Positions 20,304-30,914 of a stretch of DNA of 64,000 nt are shown here, one piece after another. Position numbers and translations under genes: made by a program. Each line of letters begins with the position of its first letter. The stretch's first letter is position 1. The notes under the pieces were generated by a model. It saw nothing but the letters and a program-made list of their open reading frames with translations. It was not told the origin of the DNA and did not search any database. Location of the stretch: positions 10,040 through 74,039 of the forward strand of contig JAAZXP010000002.1 of NCBI GenBank assembly GCA_014240055.1. The letters run 5' to 3'. Source of the DNA: Methanobacteriota archaeon. GTDB lineage: Archaea > Thermoplasmatota > Poseidoniia > MGIII > CG-Epi1.

Positions 20304-21452
20304 TCATACTCCAAGTACTGTTTTAGATATTGCCAATATTTCATCCCTTAATTCTGAGGGACCGTAAACTGAGCCTCTCCAGTGATCAAACTGGGCTTCA
20401 TAAAGACCTGAAACTAGTTTAGACTCGTTATGTGCAAGAGATATATTTCCATCATTCTTTAGTATTTTAGTTTTCAATCCAGGCATTACTGAAAAATTAG
20501 GAATATCTACATATATTTTCGAAGAATCTATTCCTAATTTTGAAGATATGGAATCTTCATAATCTTTTTTCTTAGATCTTTCCAAACCAGATAATTCAAT
20601 TTGCTCTTTGGTTATACTAACTGCTCTCTTCACTATTTTTCTATTTTCAAAGTTATTACAGATCTCACGGGATAAACCTCCAGCTTTATTTAATTCTGAA
20701 AGAAATTTATGATCGGTAAAAGTAGCAAAATCATCAGTTGAAAAATTGCCTGAATATATCGCAGAGGTTGCAGCCCTAGCTAACATTAATTGAGCACCTC
20801 TAGCAAATGGATGGAAATATACTGTTTGGTACATTGTGGATCTTGCTGTAAGGAGGGCCTCAACTGCAGGTAAGCCTTTTTCTTTAATTACTAAACTAGA
20901 ATCATGTAAGCTCATAGTTGCTATCAGACGCCCCATATCCACTCCAGTACTCACTCCGGTATAATGAGCATCACGAACTAAATAATCCAAGCGATCACCG
21001 TCTAAATCTCCCGAAACTAGAGAATCTAATTTATGATCTCCCATTATTATTTGATTGATTTCATCAGGATTTAATCCTTCATCAGAGATTATATCTGATA
21101 GCTCCGTATTCGAAATAATTTTAGTTGTTCGAATTACATGATCTTCAACGCCCTCTATTTCATCACCTAGATGGGAAAATGCTGTATGTCCCAAATCATG
21201 TAAAAGACCAGCAACAGAAACTAATTGTTTGTCTTCTGAATCTAGACCAATTGAATCTGCCATTTTTCTGACAACATGACAAGTGCCCATACAATGTTCA
21301 TGTCTTGTATGGTTTGCACCAGGATAAACCAAATTGATAGGACCTAATTGTTTTATCCAACGCAACCTTTGATATGAGGGAGTATCTATCAACTTACCTT
21401 CTAGAGAGGTTAAATCAATATAATCATGTATTGGATCTCTTATCCGAATCAT
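20304..21452 (-). CDS. HD-domain phosphohydrolase (dNTP triphosphohydrolase/SAMHD1-like family)
   Basis: IRDPIH, QRLRWIKQLG, YPGANHTRHEH, LLHDLGH, DGDRLDYLVRD. Confidence 0.88.
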   Translation of the reverse strand: MIRIRDPIHDYIDLTSLEGKLIDTPSYQRLRWIKQLGPINLVYPGANHTRHEHCMGTCHVVRKMADSIGLDSEDKQLVSVAGLLHDLGHTAFSHLGDEIEGVEDHVIRTTKIISNTELSDIISDEGLNPDEINQIIMGDHKLDSLVSGDLDGDRLDYLVRDAHYTGVSTGVDMGRLIATMSLHDSSLVIKEKGLPAVEALLTARSTMYQTVYFHPFARGAQLMLARAATSAIYSGNFSTDDFATFTDHKFLSELNKAGGLSREICNNFENRKIVKRAVSITKEQIELSGLERSKKKDYEDSISSKLGIDSSKIYVDIPNFSVMPGLKTKILKNDGNISLAHNESKLVSGLYEAQFDHWRGSVYGPSELRDEILAISKTVLGV

Positions 21453-21585
21453 CTTCTATACTGACTGTGTAGGGATGATAAAATAACTTACTCATTGAAC
21501 TGTGTTCCACCTCTTCTTTATTTGGCTAATTTAAAGACTGCGGCCCAAAGCTTATAATGGCTAAATCGTATTGTTTTAAAGCCCT

Positions 21586-22530
21586 ATGAACAACTCCGGA
21601 AAAACAAAAGAAATAGAAGTAGAAGAGTTGACAGAATGTACTGAATGTAAATCTGAACATATCGTTCGAGATTACAAGCGTGGAGAGATAACTTGTAGTA
21701 ACTGCGGATTAGTTGTTGATGGACAAGTAATTGATCAAGGGCCTGAATGGAGAGCCTTCGACTCTGAGCAAAGTGAAAGAAGAGCAAGAGGGGGAGCACC
21801 CATGAGTGTTATGGTTCACGATAAAGGGCTTTCAACAGATATCGGCTGGGGTGGGCGAGACATATATGGAAACAATGTTCCAACCAGAAACCGATCTCAA
21901 GTTTATAGAATGAGGAAATGGCAAAGTCGAACTAGAGCCTCAAATTCAGCAGACAGGAACCTAGCTCAGGCGTTAACTGAGTTAAATCGATTAGCATCAA
22001 AGATAGGACTACACCGACAAGTTAGAGAAGAAGCTGCTATGCTTTACAGAAGGGCAGTTCAAGACAACTTAGTCAGAGGACGTTCTGTCGAAGGTGTAGC
22101 TGCTGCAGCATTGTATGGCGCTTGCAGAAGATGTGAAGTCCCAAGAACTTTAACCGAAATTACTGAAGCCTCACGAGCATCCAAGAAAGAAGTTGGAAGA
22201 ACTTACCGTTATATTTCAAGGGAATTAAGGCTAAACTTACAACCGGCTTCACCATCGGTTTATATTGTACGATTTTGTAGAGAATTAGAATTACCAGGTA
22301 ATGTAGAAAGTGCTGCAATAAACATACTAAACCAAGCTATCGAAGCTGAATTGACATCTGGAAGAGGTCCAACTGGTGTTGCAGCTGCTGCAATCTATAT
22401 CGCATCAGTAGTATACAATAAAAGAAAAACGCAAAAAACCATTGCAGATACAGTCGGAGTTACTGAAGTAACTATTAGAAATCGTTACAAGGAATTAGCC
22501 AAAAATCTAGACATTGTAGTATACAAGTGA
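21586..22530 (+). CDS. tfb: Transcription initiation factor IIB
   Basis: Zn ribbon CTEC..CSNCG, GPEWRAF, two cyclin repeats, [13 protein letters not shown]. Confidence 0.97.
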   Translation: MNNSGKTKEIEVEELTECTECKSEHIVRDYKRGEITCSNCGLVVDGQVIDQGPEWRAFDSEQSERRARGGAPMSVMVHDKGLSTDIGWGGRDIYGNNVPTRNRSQVYRMRKWQSRTRASNSADRNLAQALTELNRLASKIGLHRQVREEAAMLYRRAVQDNLVRGRSVEGVAAAALYGACRRCEVPRTLTEITEASRASKKEVGRTYRYISRELRLNLQPASPSVYIVRFCRELELPGNVESAAINILNQAIEAELTSGRGPTGVAAAAIYIASVVYNKRKTQKTIADTVGVTEVTIRNRYKELAKNLDIVVYK

Positions 22531-22537
22531 GGCTTCT

Positions 22538-23560
22538 TTGAAAGTAAAAAAACGTGATAATAATATTTATCACATAAGATTGGAACATGAAGATGACCTT
22601 TATCATTTAAATTTATTATTAGATCAGGATGACATGGTTAGAGCTCTAACTGAAAGAAGAGAATCTAGTCAAACTGATAGATTGCGCTCTGAGCGTGGTA
22701 AAAAACAGAAAATGAGATTAACCATAAATGTTGAAAAAGTAGAATATCAATCATTTGGACAACGATTGAGATGTCATGGCGTTATTGCAATAGGAGAACG
22801 TGATCAAGGATCACACCATACCTTAATTCTTGAACCTGGCGATGATTTTGATATTGGAAAAAATAATTGGTTAAGCCACCATAAAAAAAGACTCAAAGAA
22901 GCAGCTCAACCTGCAGTAACAGCTCTAGCAATTTGCATAGAAAGTGATAGTATAGTTATAGCTGAATTGAGGACATATGGGCTCCGAGAACTGAAAACTC
23001 TTAATCGATCAGGAAGTGGTAAATCAATAGGAGGAGAAGAACTTAATGCATTTTATGTTAGAACTGTAAAACAAATTGTAGATGTCCACATTAAAAATTC
23101 AGTCATGGTTATTGTAGGACCTGGATTTCTCAAAGATGATTTTGTTATTGTTGCTAAGAAAGAAGCTCCCGGCATTTTTTCAGGATGCGTTGTTGAAAAT
23201 TCAGGCCAAGGAGGTATGGCTGGAATTAATGAGGCCATAAGTAGAGGTACACTTCCAAAAGCTGTAGCCCAGATTAAAATACAAGAGGAAATGAATGCAG
23301 TTGAATTATTGAAGGATGCTATTGCAAAAGATTTAGCAACATATGGAAAGATACATGTGAAGAATGCACTCGAAAGTGGCGCTGGTGAAAAATTACTGAT
23401 TTTATCTGAAAAAACGAGAACTGAAGAAGGTAGGCTATTACTTAAATTAGCTGAAGACAATCGAACGGAAATAGTAGAAATATCTTCACATCACCACGGC
23501 GGTGAAATGCTAAGCGGATTAGGCAATATTGCAGTTATTCTCCGATACCAGTTGACATAA
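22538..23560 (+). CDS. pelA: mRNA surveillance protein pelota (aDom34)
   Basis: DDLYHL, G.HHTL, GPGFLK, ATYG, L.GLG.IAVILRY; TTG start. Confidence 0.92.
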   Translation: MKVKKRDNNIYHIRLEHEDDLYHLNLLLDQDDMVRALTERRESSQTDRLRSERGKKQKMRLTINVEKVEYQSFGQRLRCHGVIAIGERDQGSHHTLILEPGDDFDIGKNNWLSHHKKRLKEAAQPAVTALAICIESDSIVIAELRTYGLRELKTLNRSGSGKSIGGEELNAFYVRTVKQIVDVHIKNSVMVIVGPGFLKDDFVIVAKKEAPGIFSGCVVENSGQGGMAGINEAISRGTLPKAVAQIKIQEEMNAVELLKDAIAKDLATYGKIHVKNALESGAGEKLLILSEKTRTEEGRLLLKLAEDNRTEIVEISSHHHGGEMLSGLGNIAVILRYQLT

Positions 23561-23591
23561 ATTCTTTTAGAGGGGAGGGTGTAAGAGAGAT

Positions 23592-23951
23592 ATGATGCCA
23601 GGAATGGGGCGCATGAACCCCCGGATGATGAAAAAACTGCAAAAGCAGCTACAGAACTCAACTGAAGAGATTGATGCTACTGAAGTAATCATAAGAACAA
23701 AAGATAAGGAAATTTATTTTAGCAATCCAGCTGTAAGTGCTATGAACATGATGGGACAACAGTCATACCAGATTGTTGGTGAACCACAAGAAAGAGGATT
23801 GAGTGGTGAAGACAATGCTCCAAGCATACCAAATGAAGATATTGAATTAGTCGCATCTCAAGCTGGCGTTTCGCCAGATAAAGCAAGAAAGGCTCTAGAA
23901 GAATGCGGTGGAGAACCTGCTGAAGCTATTATTAAATTGATGGGAGGCTAA
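23592..23951 (+). CDS. nac: Nascent polypeptide-associated complex protein
   Basis: MNPRMMKK, NAC domain, UBA-like DIELVASQAGVS..ARKALE..GG..AEAI. Confidence 0.93.
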   Translation: MMPGMGRMNPRMMKKLQKQLQNSTEEIDATEVIIRTKDKEIYFSNPAVSAMNMMGQQSYQIVGEPQERGLSGEDNAPSIPNEDIELVASQAGVSPDKARKALEECGGEPAEAIIKLMGG

Positions 23952-23952
23952 A

Positions 23953-25122
23953 ATGGATTTTTCCGAAACTGAGGACCAAACAATGATAAGAGACATGGTT
24001 CGAGATTTTGCTGAAACTGTAGCAGCTCCAACTTGCCGCCAGAGAGATAAAGAACAAGAACCACCCATAAAGGAATTCAAGCAATTCGCAGAATTAGGAG
24101 TAGCAGGCATGACAATTCCTGAAAAATACGGTGGACAAAAATTAGATGATATTTCTGAAGCAATAGTTATAGAAGAATTATCAAGAGTAGACCCTTCACT
24201 AGGAGTTATGGTTGCAGTGCATGTTGGCTTATGCTCTATGACTATAGCACTAAGCGGTAATGAAGAACAAAAAAATAAATATTTGCCAAAACTAGCATCT
24301 GGAGAATATTTAGGTGCATATTCACTAAGTGAAGCAGGTTCTGGAACTGATGCTGCTGCAATGGTTGCACGGGCAAGTGACGATGGAGATTGTTATACTC
24401 TTAACGGAGAAAAAATGTGGGTTACAAATGGAACAACTGCTGATCTCTTTGTTCTTTTTGCTAAAGTAACAGAACATCCCGATTATGGAGTAAAGAAGCA
24501 CGGTGGTGTCACCTGTTTTATTATCGAAAAAGGATTTGAAGGATTTAAAATAGGTAAAAAAGAAGATAAATTGGGTATTCGTTCTAGTGATACATGTACA
24601 TTAATCCTTGATAATTGTAAAGTCCCAAAAGAAAATGTTCTCGGAGAGGTGGGGAAAGGTTTTGCAATTGCAATGAATGCCTTAGACAATTCAAGAATTG
24701 GTATTGCTGCCCAAGGATTAGGGATAGCTCAAGGCGCATACGAAGCCGCTCTCAAATATTCTAAGGAAAGAGAAACATTCGGAAAACCAATCGCCGCACA
24801 TCAATCAATCAGTAACTATCTAGCAGATATGGCACTCCGAATCGATGCTGCCAGATTACAGGTTTACAAGGCTGCATGGGCAAAACAACAGCACTATGAG
24901 AACGGAGCTGCAAGGCACACTTTAGAAGCCTCATATGCAAAATTAAATGCAGGAGATACTGCAATGTGGGTATCTGAAAAAGCAGTTCAAGTTTTAGGTG
25001 GTTACGGATACACGACTGAATTCCCTGTTGAAAGATTCTTTAGGGATGCAAAAATAACGCAAATTTATGAAGGAACACAAGAAGTACAAAGATTAGTCAT
25101 AGCTCGTGAAATTGGAAAGTAA
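23953..25122 (+). CDS. Acyl-CoA dehydrogenase
   Basis: LSEAGSGTD, LNGEKMWVTNG, KLGIRSSDT, GGYGYTTEFPVERFFRDAKITQIYEGTQEVQR. Confidence 0.95.
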   Translation: MDFSETEDQTMIRDMVRDFAETVAAPTCRQRDKEQEPPIKEFKQFAELGVAGMTIPEKYGGQKLDDISEAIVIEELSRVDPSLGVMVAVHVGLCSMTIALSGNEEQKNKYLPKLASGEYLGAYSLSEAGSGTDAAAMVARASDDGDCYTLNGEKMWVTNGTTADLFVLFAKVTEHPDYGVKKHGGVTCFIIEKGFEGFKIGKKEDKLGIRSSDTCTLILDNCKVPKENVLGEVGKGFAIAMNALDNSRIGIAAQGLGIAQGAYEAALKYSKERETFGKPIAAHQSISNYLADMALRIDAARLQVYKAAWAKQQHYENGAARHTLEASYAKLNAGDTAMWVSEKAVQVLGGYGYTTEFPVERFFRDAKITQIYEGTQEVQRLVIAREIGK

Positions 25123-25161
25123 GAGCAATACTTTTATCAAACACTTTGTAAACTACATTGT

Positions 25162-25176
25162 AGGTCATTTTGACCT
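25162..25176. promoter_or_regulatory. Perfect palindrome AGGTCA-N3-TGACCT upstream of the pnt operon (candidate operator)
   Basis: 6-bp perfect inverted repeat between a TATA-like TTTTATCA and the GGAGA SD of pntAA. Confidence 0.4.
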
Positions 25177-25200
25177 TTATAAAAATTGTTGGAGAAAACA

Positions 25201-26373
25201 ATGCGTATAGGAGTCCCAAAAGAAACTGCCAAGAATGAAACACGTGTAGCAATTGTACCGGTTTCAATACCTAAATTAAAAAAACTAGGATTTGAAGTTA
25301 TTATTCAAGAAGGTGCTGGCAAATTATCAGGGTATTCTGATTCAGAATATACTGAGAAAGGTGCTCATATCGGTAAATTAGATGAAGTAATGTCTACTGA
25401 ATTAATTGCATCTATTAATGTACCTGATTTCAAAATGATGAAAAAAGGACAAATGCTAACCTGCATGGCTGATCCTTTTAGGAATTTAGAACAAACAAAG
25501 CAAATAATTGATTCCGGAATTACACTTCTTTCGCTTGAAGTAATACCAAGGAGACTGTCTAAGGGCCAGTCTATGGATGTTAACTCAAGTCAGGACAATT
25601 TGTCAGGATATAAAGCAGCATTAATGGGTGCTGAAAATATTGCAAAAATGGTACCTATGATGATGACATCTGCAGGAACTGTTAAACCTTCTAAATTTGT
25701 TATTCAAGGTGCTGCTGTAGCTGGATTACAAGCCATTGCAACAGCAAAAAGATTAGGAGCTGCAGTTCAAGCTATTGATGTAAGATTGGCAGCTAAACAA
25801 GATACGGAAAGTCTCGGTGCTAAATTTATTGATGTACCGGGATGGAAAGATGCTGAAAGTTCAAGTGGTCATGCTTCTTTGTTTACAGATAAAGGACTTC
25901 AAGAATCATTTGATAAATCGTTAATGGAAGCAGTAAGAAATGCAGATGTTGTAATAACAACAGCTAGATTATTTGGAACAAACGCGCCTAAATTATTTTT
26001 TGGTAAGGAAATGAACGAGAATATGACAAACGAAATGAAAGAAGGATCAGTCATTGTAGATATGAACTGTGATACTGGAGGAAATATAGTAGGCAGTAAA
26101 GAGGATGAGATTATTCAAAAGAACGGTGTAACTATAGTTGGAATACCTCTTTTGTGCCGAACTGTACCTAATACTGCATCTATGCTATATTCTAATAACG
26201 TCACTAACTTTGTGACTGTACTAGTAGATGAAGGAAAATTGACAATAAATCAAGATGAACAAGTCTTAACTGGTGATGAAGGTGGTATTTCTGCAGGTTA
26301 TGGTGGAATCTTAATTGGTGAGAATGGTGAAATACATGCTAATCATACTAAATTAATGGAGGCAATGAAATAA
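25201..26373 (+). CDS. pntA: NAD(P) transhydrogenase subunit alpha, part 1
   Basis: MRIGVPKE..ETRVA, QSMDVNSSQ..LSGYKA, GAAVAGLQAIATAKRLGA; ATG 25201 after SD. Confidence 0.93.
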   Translation: MRIGVPKETAKNETRVAIVPVSIPKLKKLGFEVIIQEGAGKLSGYSDSEYTEKGAHIGKLDEVMSTELIASINVPDFKMMKKGQMLTCMADPFRNLEQTKQIIDSGITLLSLEVIPRRLSKGQSMDVNSSQDNLSGYKAALMGAENIAKMVPMMMTSAGTVKPSKFVIQGAAVAGLQAIATAKRLGAAVQAIDVRLAAKQDTESLGAKFIDVPGWKDAESSSGHASLFTDKGLQESFDKSLMEAVRNADVVITTARLFGTNAPKLFFGKEMNENMTNEMKEGSVIVDMNCDTGGNIVGSKEDEIIQKNGVTIVGIPLLCRTVPNTASMLYSNNVTNFVTVLVDEGKLTINQDEQVLTGDEGGISAGYGGILIGENGEIHANHTKLMEAMK

Positions 26374-26681
26374 TGGAATTACTGAGTTTAATAGGTGCTA
26401 TTACTATTTTTATTTTGGCTATCTTTTTAGGGTTTGAACTTATAACAAAAGTTCCTGCAACACTACATACTCCTCTTATGTCTGGAGCGAATGCCATTTC
26501 AGGTATTACTGTAGTTGGAGCTCTAATTTTTTCTAATACTGCTTTTAATAACGGAAATCCAGGCTCTGCTGCTTGGTTAGCTTTTTTTGCATTGATTTTA
26601 GCTACCATAAATGTAGTTGGAGGATTTGCCGTGACTAACAGAATGTTGAATATGATTGCTGGAAAAAGGAGAGGGAAATAG
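26373..26681 (+). CDS. pntA: NAD(P) transhydrogenase subunit alpha, part 2 (membrane)
   Basis: KVPATLHTPLMSGANAISG, INVVGGFAVTNRML. Confidence 0.93.
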   Translation: MELLSLIGAITIFILAIFLGFELITKVPATLHTPLMSGANAISGITVVGALIFSNTAFNNGNPGSAAWLAFFALILATINVVGGFAVTNRMLNMIAGKRRGK

Positions 26682-28094
26682 ATGGATCCTGCAGTTTGGG
26701 ATATTGGATATTTAATTGCCTCTATTCTCTTTATTTTAGGATTAAAGAAACTAGGTCATCCACGAACCGCCCCAACTGGTAATCTCTATGGAGCTTTGGG
26801 AATGCTACTTGCCGTGGTAGTAACTATTGCACAAATGGATTTTGGAGTAATTGATAATTTCGTCCTAATTGCCGGAGGGCTGCTTATTGGAGGTTTAATT
26901 GGATATGTTATGGCAATTCGGGTTCAAATGACTGGAATGCCTGAAATGGTAGCGCTATTCAATGGATTTGGAGGTGCTGCGAGTGCATTGGTTGCAGCCT
27001 CTGAAGTATTTAGACGAATTGAAGAGAACACATTTCCTACAGATTTAGAATTATACGTAGCTTGGATTGCTATCGGACTTTCAGCTCTAGTTGGATGGAT
27101 GACATTAACTGGAAGTTTATTGGCTATGATGAAACTAAAGGGCGGTATCGAACTCTTTGGAACATGGTATCGAACTCCAACTTGGGGCCCTGGTTGGCTA
27201 AATTATGTGAAAGGGATTTTTCTAGTTGTAATTGTAGCTTTAATCTATATGAGTATTGAAGAACCTGGAAACCAAGATTACGTAATTGGAATTATTATAT
27301 TGTCTTGTATTCTAGGTATTCTATTTGTTCTTCCTATTGGCGGAGCTGATATGCCCGTAGTAGTAAGTCTTCTAAATTCTCTATCAGGAATTGCTGCTGC
27401 ATTTACTGGATTTATAATTAGTAATAATGTTTTAATTATTGCAGGTTCTATGGTTGGAGCTGCAGGGCTTATTCTAACAAATATTATGTGTAAAGCAATG
27501 AATCGACAACTCATTGATGTATTATTCAAATCTTTCGGAGGTTCCGATAAGGAACAAGTCACAAGGACAAAGGTAGGATCCGATCCTGAAGAAGTAGCAA
27601 TGATTTGTGATGGGATTTCAAAATGTGTGATTGTTCCAGGATATGGTATGGCTGTATCTCAATGCCAACATCAAGTTCGAGAATTTGCAGATCTCTTAGA
27701 AGCAAATGGATGTGAAGTTAAATACGGAATTCACCCAGTAGCTGGAAGAATGCCGGGACATATGAATGTATTATTGGCTGAAGCAAATGTGCCTTATGAA
27801 AAATTAATTGAAATGGATGATATCAATTCAGAAATGGGAGAATGTGATGTGGCCATAGTCGTTGGAGCAAATGATACTGTGAATCCTGCAGCCAGAAGCA
27901 ATGAAGGCCCATTAGCAGGCATGCCAATCATCAATGTCGATAAAGCAAGAGTCGTTGTGATGGTAAAGAGATCATTGTCTGTTGGTTATGCTGGCGTTGA
28001 TAATGATTTATTCTATGAAGACAATACTATGATGTTATTTGGTGATGGGAAAAAAATGATGACCGAACTAGTTTCTTCGATGAAAGATCTTTAG
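26682..28094 (+). CDS. pntB: NAD(P) transhydrogenase subunit beta
   Basis: MTGMPEMVALFNGFGG, IGGADMPVVVSLLNS, HPVAGRMPGHMNVLLAEA. Confidence 0.96.
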   Translation: MDPAVWDIGYLIASILFILGLKKLGHPRTAPTGNLYGALGMLLAVVVTIAQMDFGVIDNFVLIAGGLLIGGLIGYVMAIRVQMTGMPEMVALFNGFGGAASALVAASEVFRRIEENTFPTDLELYVAWIAIGLSALVGWMTLTGSLLAMMKLKGGIELFGTWYRTPTWGPGWLNYVKGIFLVVIVALIYMSIEEPGNQDYVIGIIILSCILGILFVLPIGGADMPVVVSLLNSLSGIAAAFTGFIISNNVLIIAGSMVGAAGLILTNIMCKAMNRQLIDVLFKSFGGSDKEQVTRTKVGSDPEEVAMICDGISKCVIVPGYGMAVSQCQHQVREFADLLEANGCEVKYGIHPVAGRMPGHMNVLLAEANVPYEKLIEMDDINSEMGECDVAIVVGANDTVNPAARSNEGPLAGMPIINVDKARVVVMVKRSLSVGYAGVDNDLFYEDNTMMLFGDGKKMMTELVSSMKDL

Positions 28095-29209
28095 AACTTT
28101 TGTTGACCGCTATCTAATTTATCAGTCTCTGAAGATTCAACTAAACTAGTAATCTCTTCGATTTTATCAAGTGGTTTCTCAAGTTGCCTTCTTCGCGTAG
28201 AAACCATAGTATCATAATCTTTCTTAGCTGTATCCAAACTTCTTCCCATCTTATCCATAATTTCAACATATTTTTCCCATTGCATTTTAAAATTATTTAA
28301 TAAGTTCATAACTTCCGTTGCTTTCTTTTCCATTGCAAAATTGCTAATTGCTTGATTAATTAAAGAGAGAACAGCATACAGCGTAAGTGGTGAACAAAGT
28401 AAAACTTTATTCTCAAGAGCATAGTCAATAACATCACTGTCTTCCTTATTAATAAATGAAAAAATAGATTCATTAGGAACTAACATCAAAACATAATCTA
28501 CAGTACCTGACGAAGGATCAATGTAACTTCTTTTTGTTATATCTTTAACATGCTTCTTAACATCTTTAAGAAAACTATTTTTTTCACTTGAGCGTATTAA
28601 TTCGTCTTCTGTATCCACATATTTTTCATAATGGGCTAATGGAAATTTAACGTCCATATTAAGATGCTTTCCTTTAGGTAAATTAAATGTAAAATCTGGA
28701 CGTTCACCTGAATCAATAACTTCCTGTTTAGTGTAATTAATTCCTTCAATAAAACCGATTACATTCAAAATATCTTCAACGATTCTCTCACCCCATTGTC
28801 CTCTTTTCTGTGATGACGAGAGAATTTCTCGCAATTTTGATGTTGTTTCTCTTAAATCTTTTGTTTGAGAATTAGAATCTTCAAGACTTTGGTTAAGTTT
28901 AATTGAATGCTGCTCGATAGATTGTAATTTCTTTGACATTGTTTCTAAATTCCCATCAATTAACTTTTTCTTATTCTCCAGATCCTTATCAGCTTCCTTA
29001 GAAAGATTTTGAAATTTGTCATCAGCTATCTTAAGAAATTCTTCAGTGTTGGCCTTGTTTACATCAAATGCTACCGATTTGAAGGCCTTTTCCATTTCCT
29101 CCTTAATTCCCTCTAATTCTTCATCATTAGATTGATTTGTTTGATTAGCTAAATAATAACCTAGTCCAATTCCAATAATTAAACTAATTATAATGTAAAT
29201 CTCTACCAT
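28091..29209 (-). CDS. rmuC: DNA recombination protein RmuC family
   Basis: N-terminal TM, coiled coil, RGQWGE, RPDF..LP...MDVKFP, VLMLVPNESI, SPLTL. Confidence 0.88.
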   Translation of the reverse strand: MVEIYIIISLIIGIGLGYYLANQTNQSNDEELEGIKEEMEKAFKSVAFDVNKANTEEFLKIADDKFQNLSKEADKDLENKKKLIDGNLETMSKKLQSIEQHSIKLNQSLEDSNSQTKDLRETTSKLREILSSSQKRGQWGERIVEDILNVIGFIEGINYTKQEVIDSGERPDFTFNLPKGKHLNMDVKFPLAHYEKYVDTEDELIRSSEKNSFLKDVKKHVKDITKRSYIDPSSGTVDYVLMLVPNESIFSFINKEDSDVIDYALENKVLLCSPLTLYAVLSLINQAISNFAMEKKATEVMNLLNNFKMQWEKYVEIMDKMGRSLDTAKKDYDTMVSTRRRQLEKPLDKIEEITSLVESSETDKLDSGQQKF

Positions 29210-29285
29210 TCTATATCTCTTAACGCGGGCTAATATTAATCATTTTATTACACAAAGCTATCTAAAAGTCATCCTTTAACATGTA

Positions 29286-29975
29286 TTGAGAATTGTACTA
29301 GTTGAACCACAACATCCCGGTAACGTAGGCGCTGTAGCTCGCGCTATGGCTAATTTTGGATTGACCGATTTAGCAATGGTAAATGGATGTGAACTAGCTG
29401 ATGAAAGTTATGCAAGATCTAAATCAGGGAGGCCGGTTTTAGAAAATTCAAAACGTTACAAAACTATTGAAGAAGCTATAGCAAATTGTGACATCGCTAT
29501 TGGAACTAGTGGAATAACGCCTGAAGGAGATAAAAGATGGTTTAGAGCTCCTGAAAACGTTGAGAAAATTAATGATATTATCACTGAAAGAGAAAATCCA
29601 GCATTGTTGTTTGGGCGAGAAAATTACGGACTTTACAGAGAGGAATTAGCTCTTTGTGAAACGACCATAACTATTCCTACAAATCCGGAATATCCAGTAC
29701 TTAATCTTTCTCATGCAGTTTCAATAGTTCTTTACGAAATAAAAAGAAAAGAGAAAGTAAAAGGTCCGAAAAAACGAAAAAATGTTTCTAACGACGAATT
29801 TGAAAGATTAGTTGAGAGAATTATGGATTTATTGGAAAATAGTAGCTATCCCAAGAGAAGACTAGATCGTTCTAAAACAACCCTAAGAAGATTAATCTCT
29901 AGAGGAAATCCTGATGAAGGCGAATATGAAAACTTAATGGGAATATTCAAGGCAATAAGAGAGGGAAAAAGATGA
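29286..29975 (+). CDS. trmJ: TrmJ/LasT SPOUT RNA methyltransferase
   Basis: VLVEPQHPGNVGAVARAMANFG, LFGRENYGL, YPVLNLSHAV. Confidence 0.9.
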   Translation: MRIVLVEPQHPGNVGAVARAMANFGLTDLAMVNGCELADESYARSKSGRPVLENSKRYKTIEEAIANCDIAIGTSGITPEGDKRWFRAPENVEKINDIITERENPALLFGRENYGLYREELALCETTITIPTNPEYPVLNLSHAVSIVLYEIKRKEKVKGPKKRKNVSNDEFERLVERIMDLLENSSYPKRRLDRSKTTLRRLISRGNPDEGEYENLMGIFKAIREGKR

Positions 29976-30439
29976 AATATATTATGGTTACTGGCCCAAT
30001 GGGAGCTGGGAAGTCAACATTTATGAGAAGTTTACCTAAACCTCAAGAAAACTTTGTTGTACCTAGCAATGTTCCTGACATGATGCTAGATTATTCATGT
30101 AAATTAAAAAAAATGATGTTTTACGAAATCGATGCACCGACCGCTACTGGAATAGCTTGGATAGATTGGATTAAAGCTGCAAACACACAGCTTATTGTTG
30201 GAAATGGAATAGAAGGACCTGATGAATATTTTATTGAATTATGGAACTACTTAGTTCAAAATACTCCCGAGACTCAAAGAGTTATTATACTAAATCGCAC
30301 AGATAAGATTACAGACGAATGGAAAACTTATGCAAATGAAAAAATAATGTGTATTGGAATCGGGAATACTATTGATGAAGAAACAGCAATAGCTGCCGAA
30401 AATGATATTTCAGCCATTATAGATTATCTAGAGGAATAA
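29972..30439 (+). CDS. Small Ras-like/P-loop NTPase with atypical G3/G4
   Basis: 155 aa; GPMGAGKST P-loop, EIDAPT at the G3 position, ILNRTD at the G4 position. Confidence 0.6.
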   Translation: MKYIMVTGPMGAGKSTFMRSLPKPQENFVVPSNVPDMMLDYSCKLKKMMFYEIDAPTATGIAWIDWIKAANTQLIVGNGIEGPDEYFIELWNYLVQNTPETQRVIILNRTDKITDEWKTYANEKIMCIGIGNTIDEETAIAAENDISAIIDYLEE

Positions 30440-30440
30440 A

Positions 30441-30866
30441 ATGAATAATGATAAAAAAATTGAAAGCTTGAGATTTCTTTTAGCTGCAGCAAGTCAAATC
30501 TACGGTGAAAAGAAATTACTTCAAATGTTGAATACACAAGGTGCTCCTCAACATGAACATATAGAATTGCTCGTAAATGACCCTGGACTAAGATTTACAC
30601 ATTTAACAATGGCGCTAAAGGAATCTGATGACTTTATTTCCCAATTAGAAAATCGATTAACTGAATTATGCAATATCGCAGATAGCTTAGAAATTGGTAA
30701 ACCTGAAAATATTAGAAAATGGTTGAGTGATGACTGTAGGCCCTGTATAGTAGAACACATTATTCAAGGATATGAAGATGTATATCATATTATGATTGAA
30801 TTGGATAATAGGCTAATGTGGCCTGGTTGGCCCCTTATTGGGAAATTACATGACCCAATAGAATAA
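30441..30866 (+). CDS. Hypothetical protein (alpha-helical, CxxC)
   Basis: Starts 1 nt after the upstream stop; no family recognised. Confidence 0.65.
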   Translation: MNNDKKIESLRFLLAAASQIYGEKKLLQMLNTQGAPQHEHIELLVNDPGLRFTHLTMALKESDDFISQLENRLTELCNIADSLEIGKPENIRKWLSDDCRPCIVEHIIQGYEDVYHIMIELDNRLMWPGWPLIGKLHDPIE

Positions 30867-30914
30867 AGAGGAAGAAGATTAATACTACATTCAATACACG
30901 ATTCTGAGGATACA

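Noticed and set aside
25162..25176. Identity of the palindrome to the vertebrate estrogen response element consensus
   Set aside because: Coincidental; archaea have no nuclear receptors. Kept only as a generic candidate operator.
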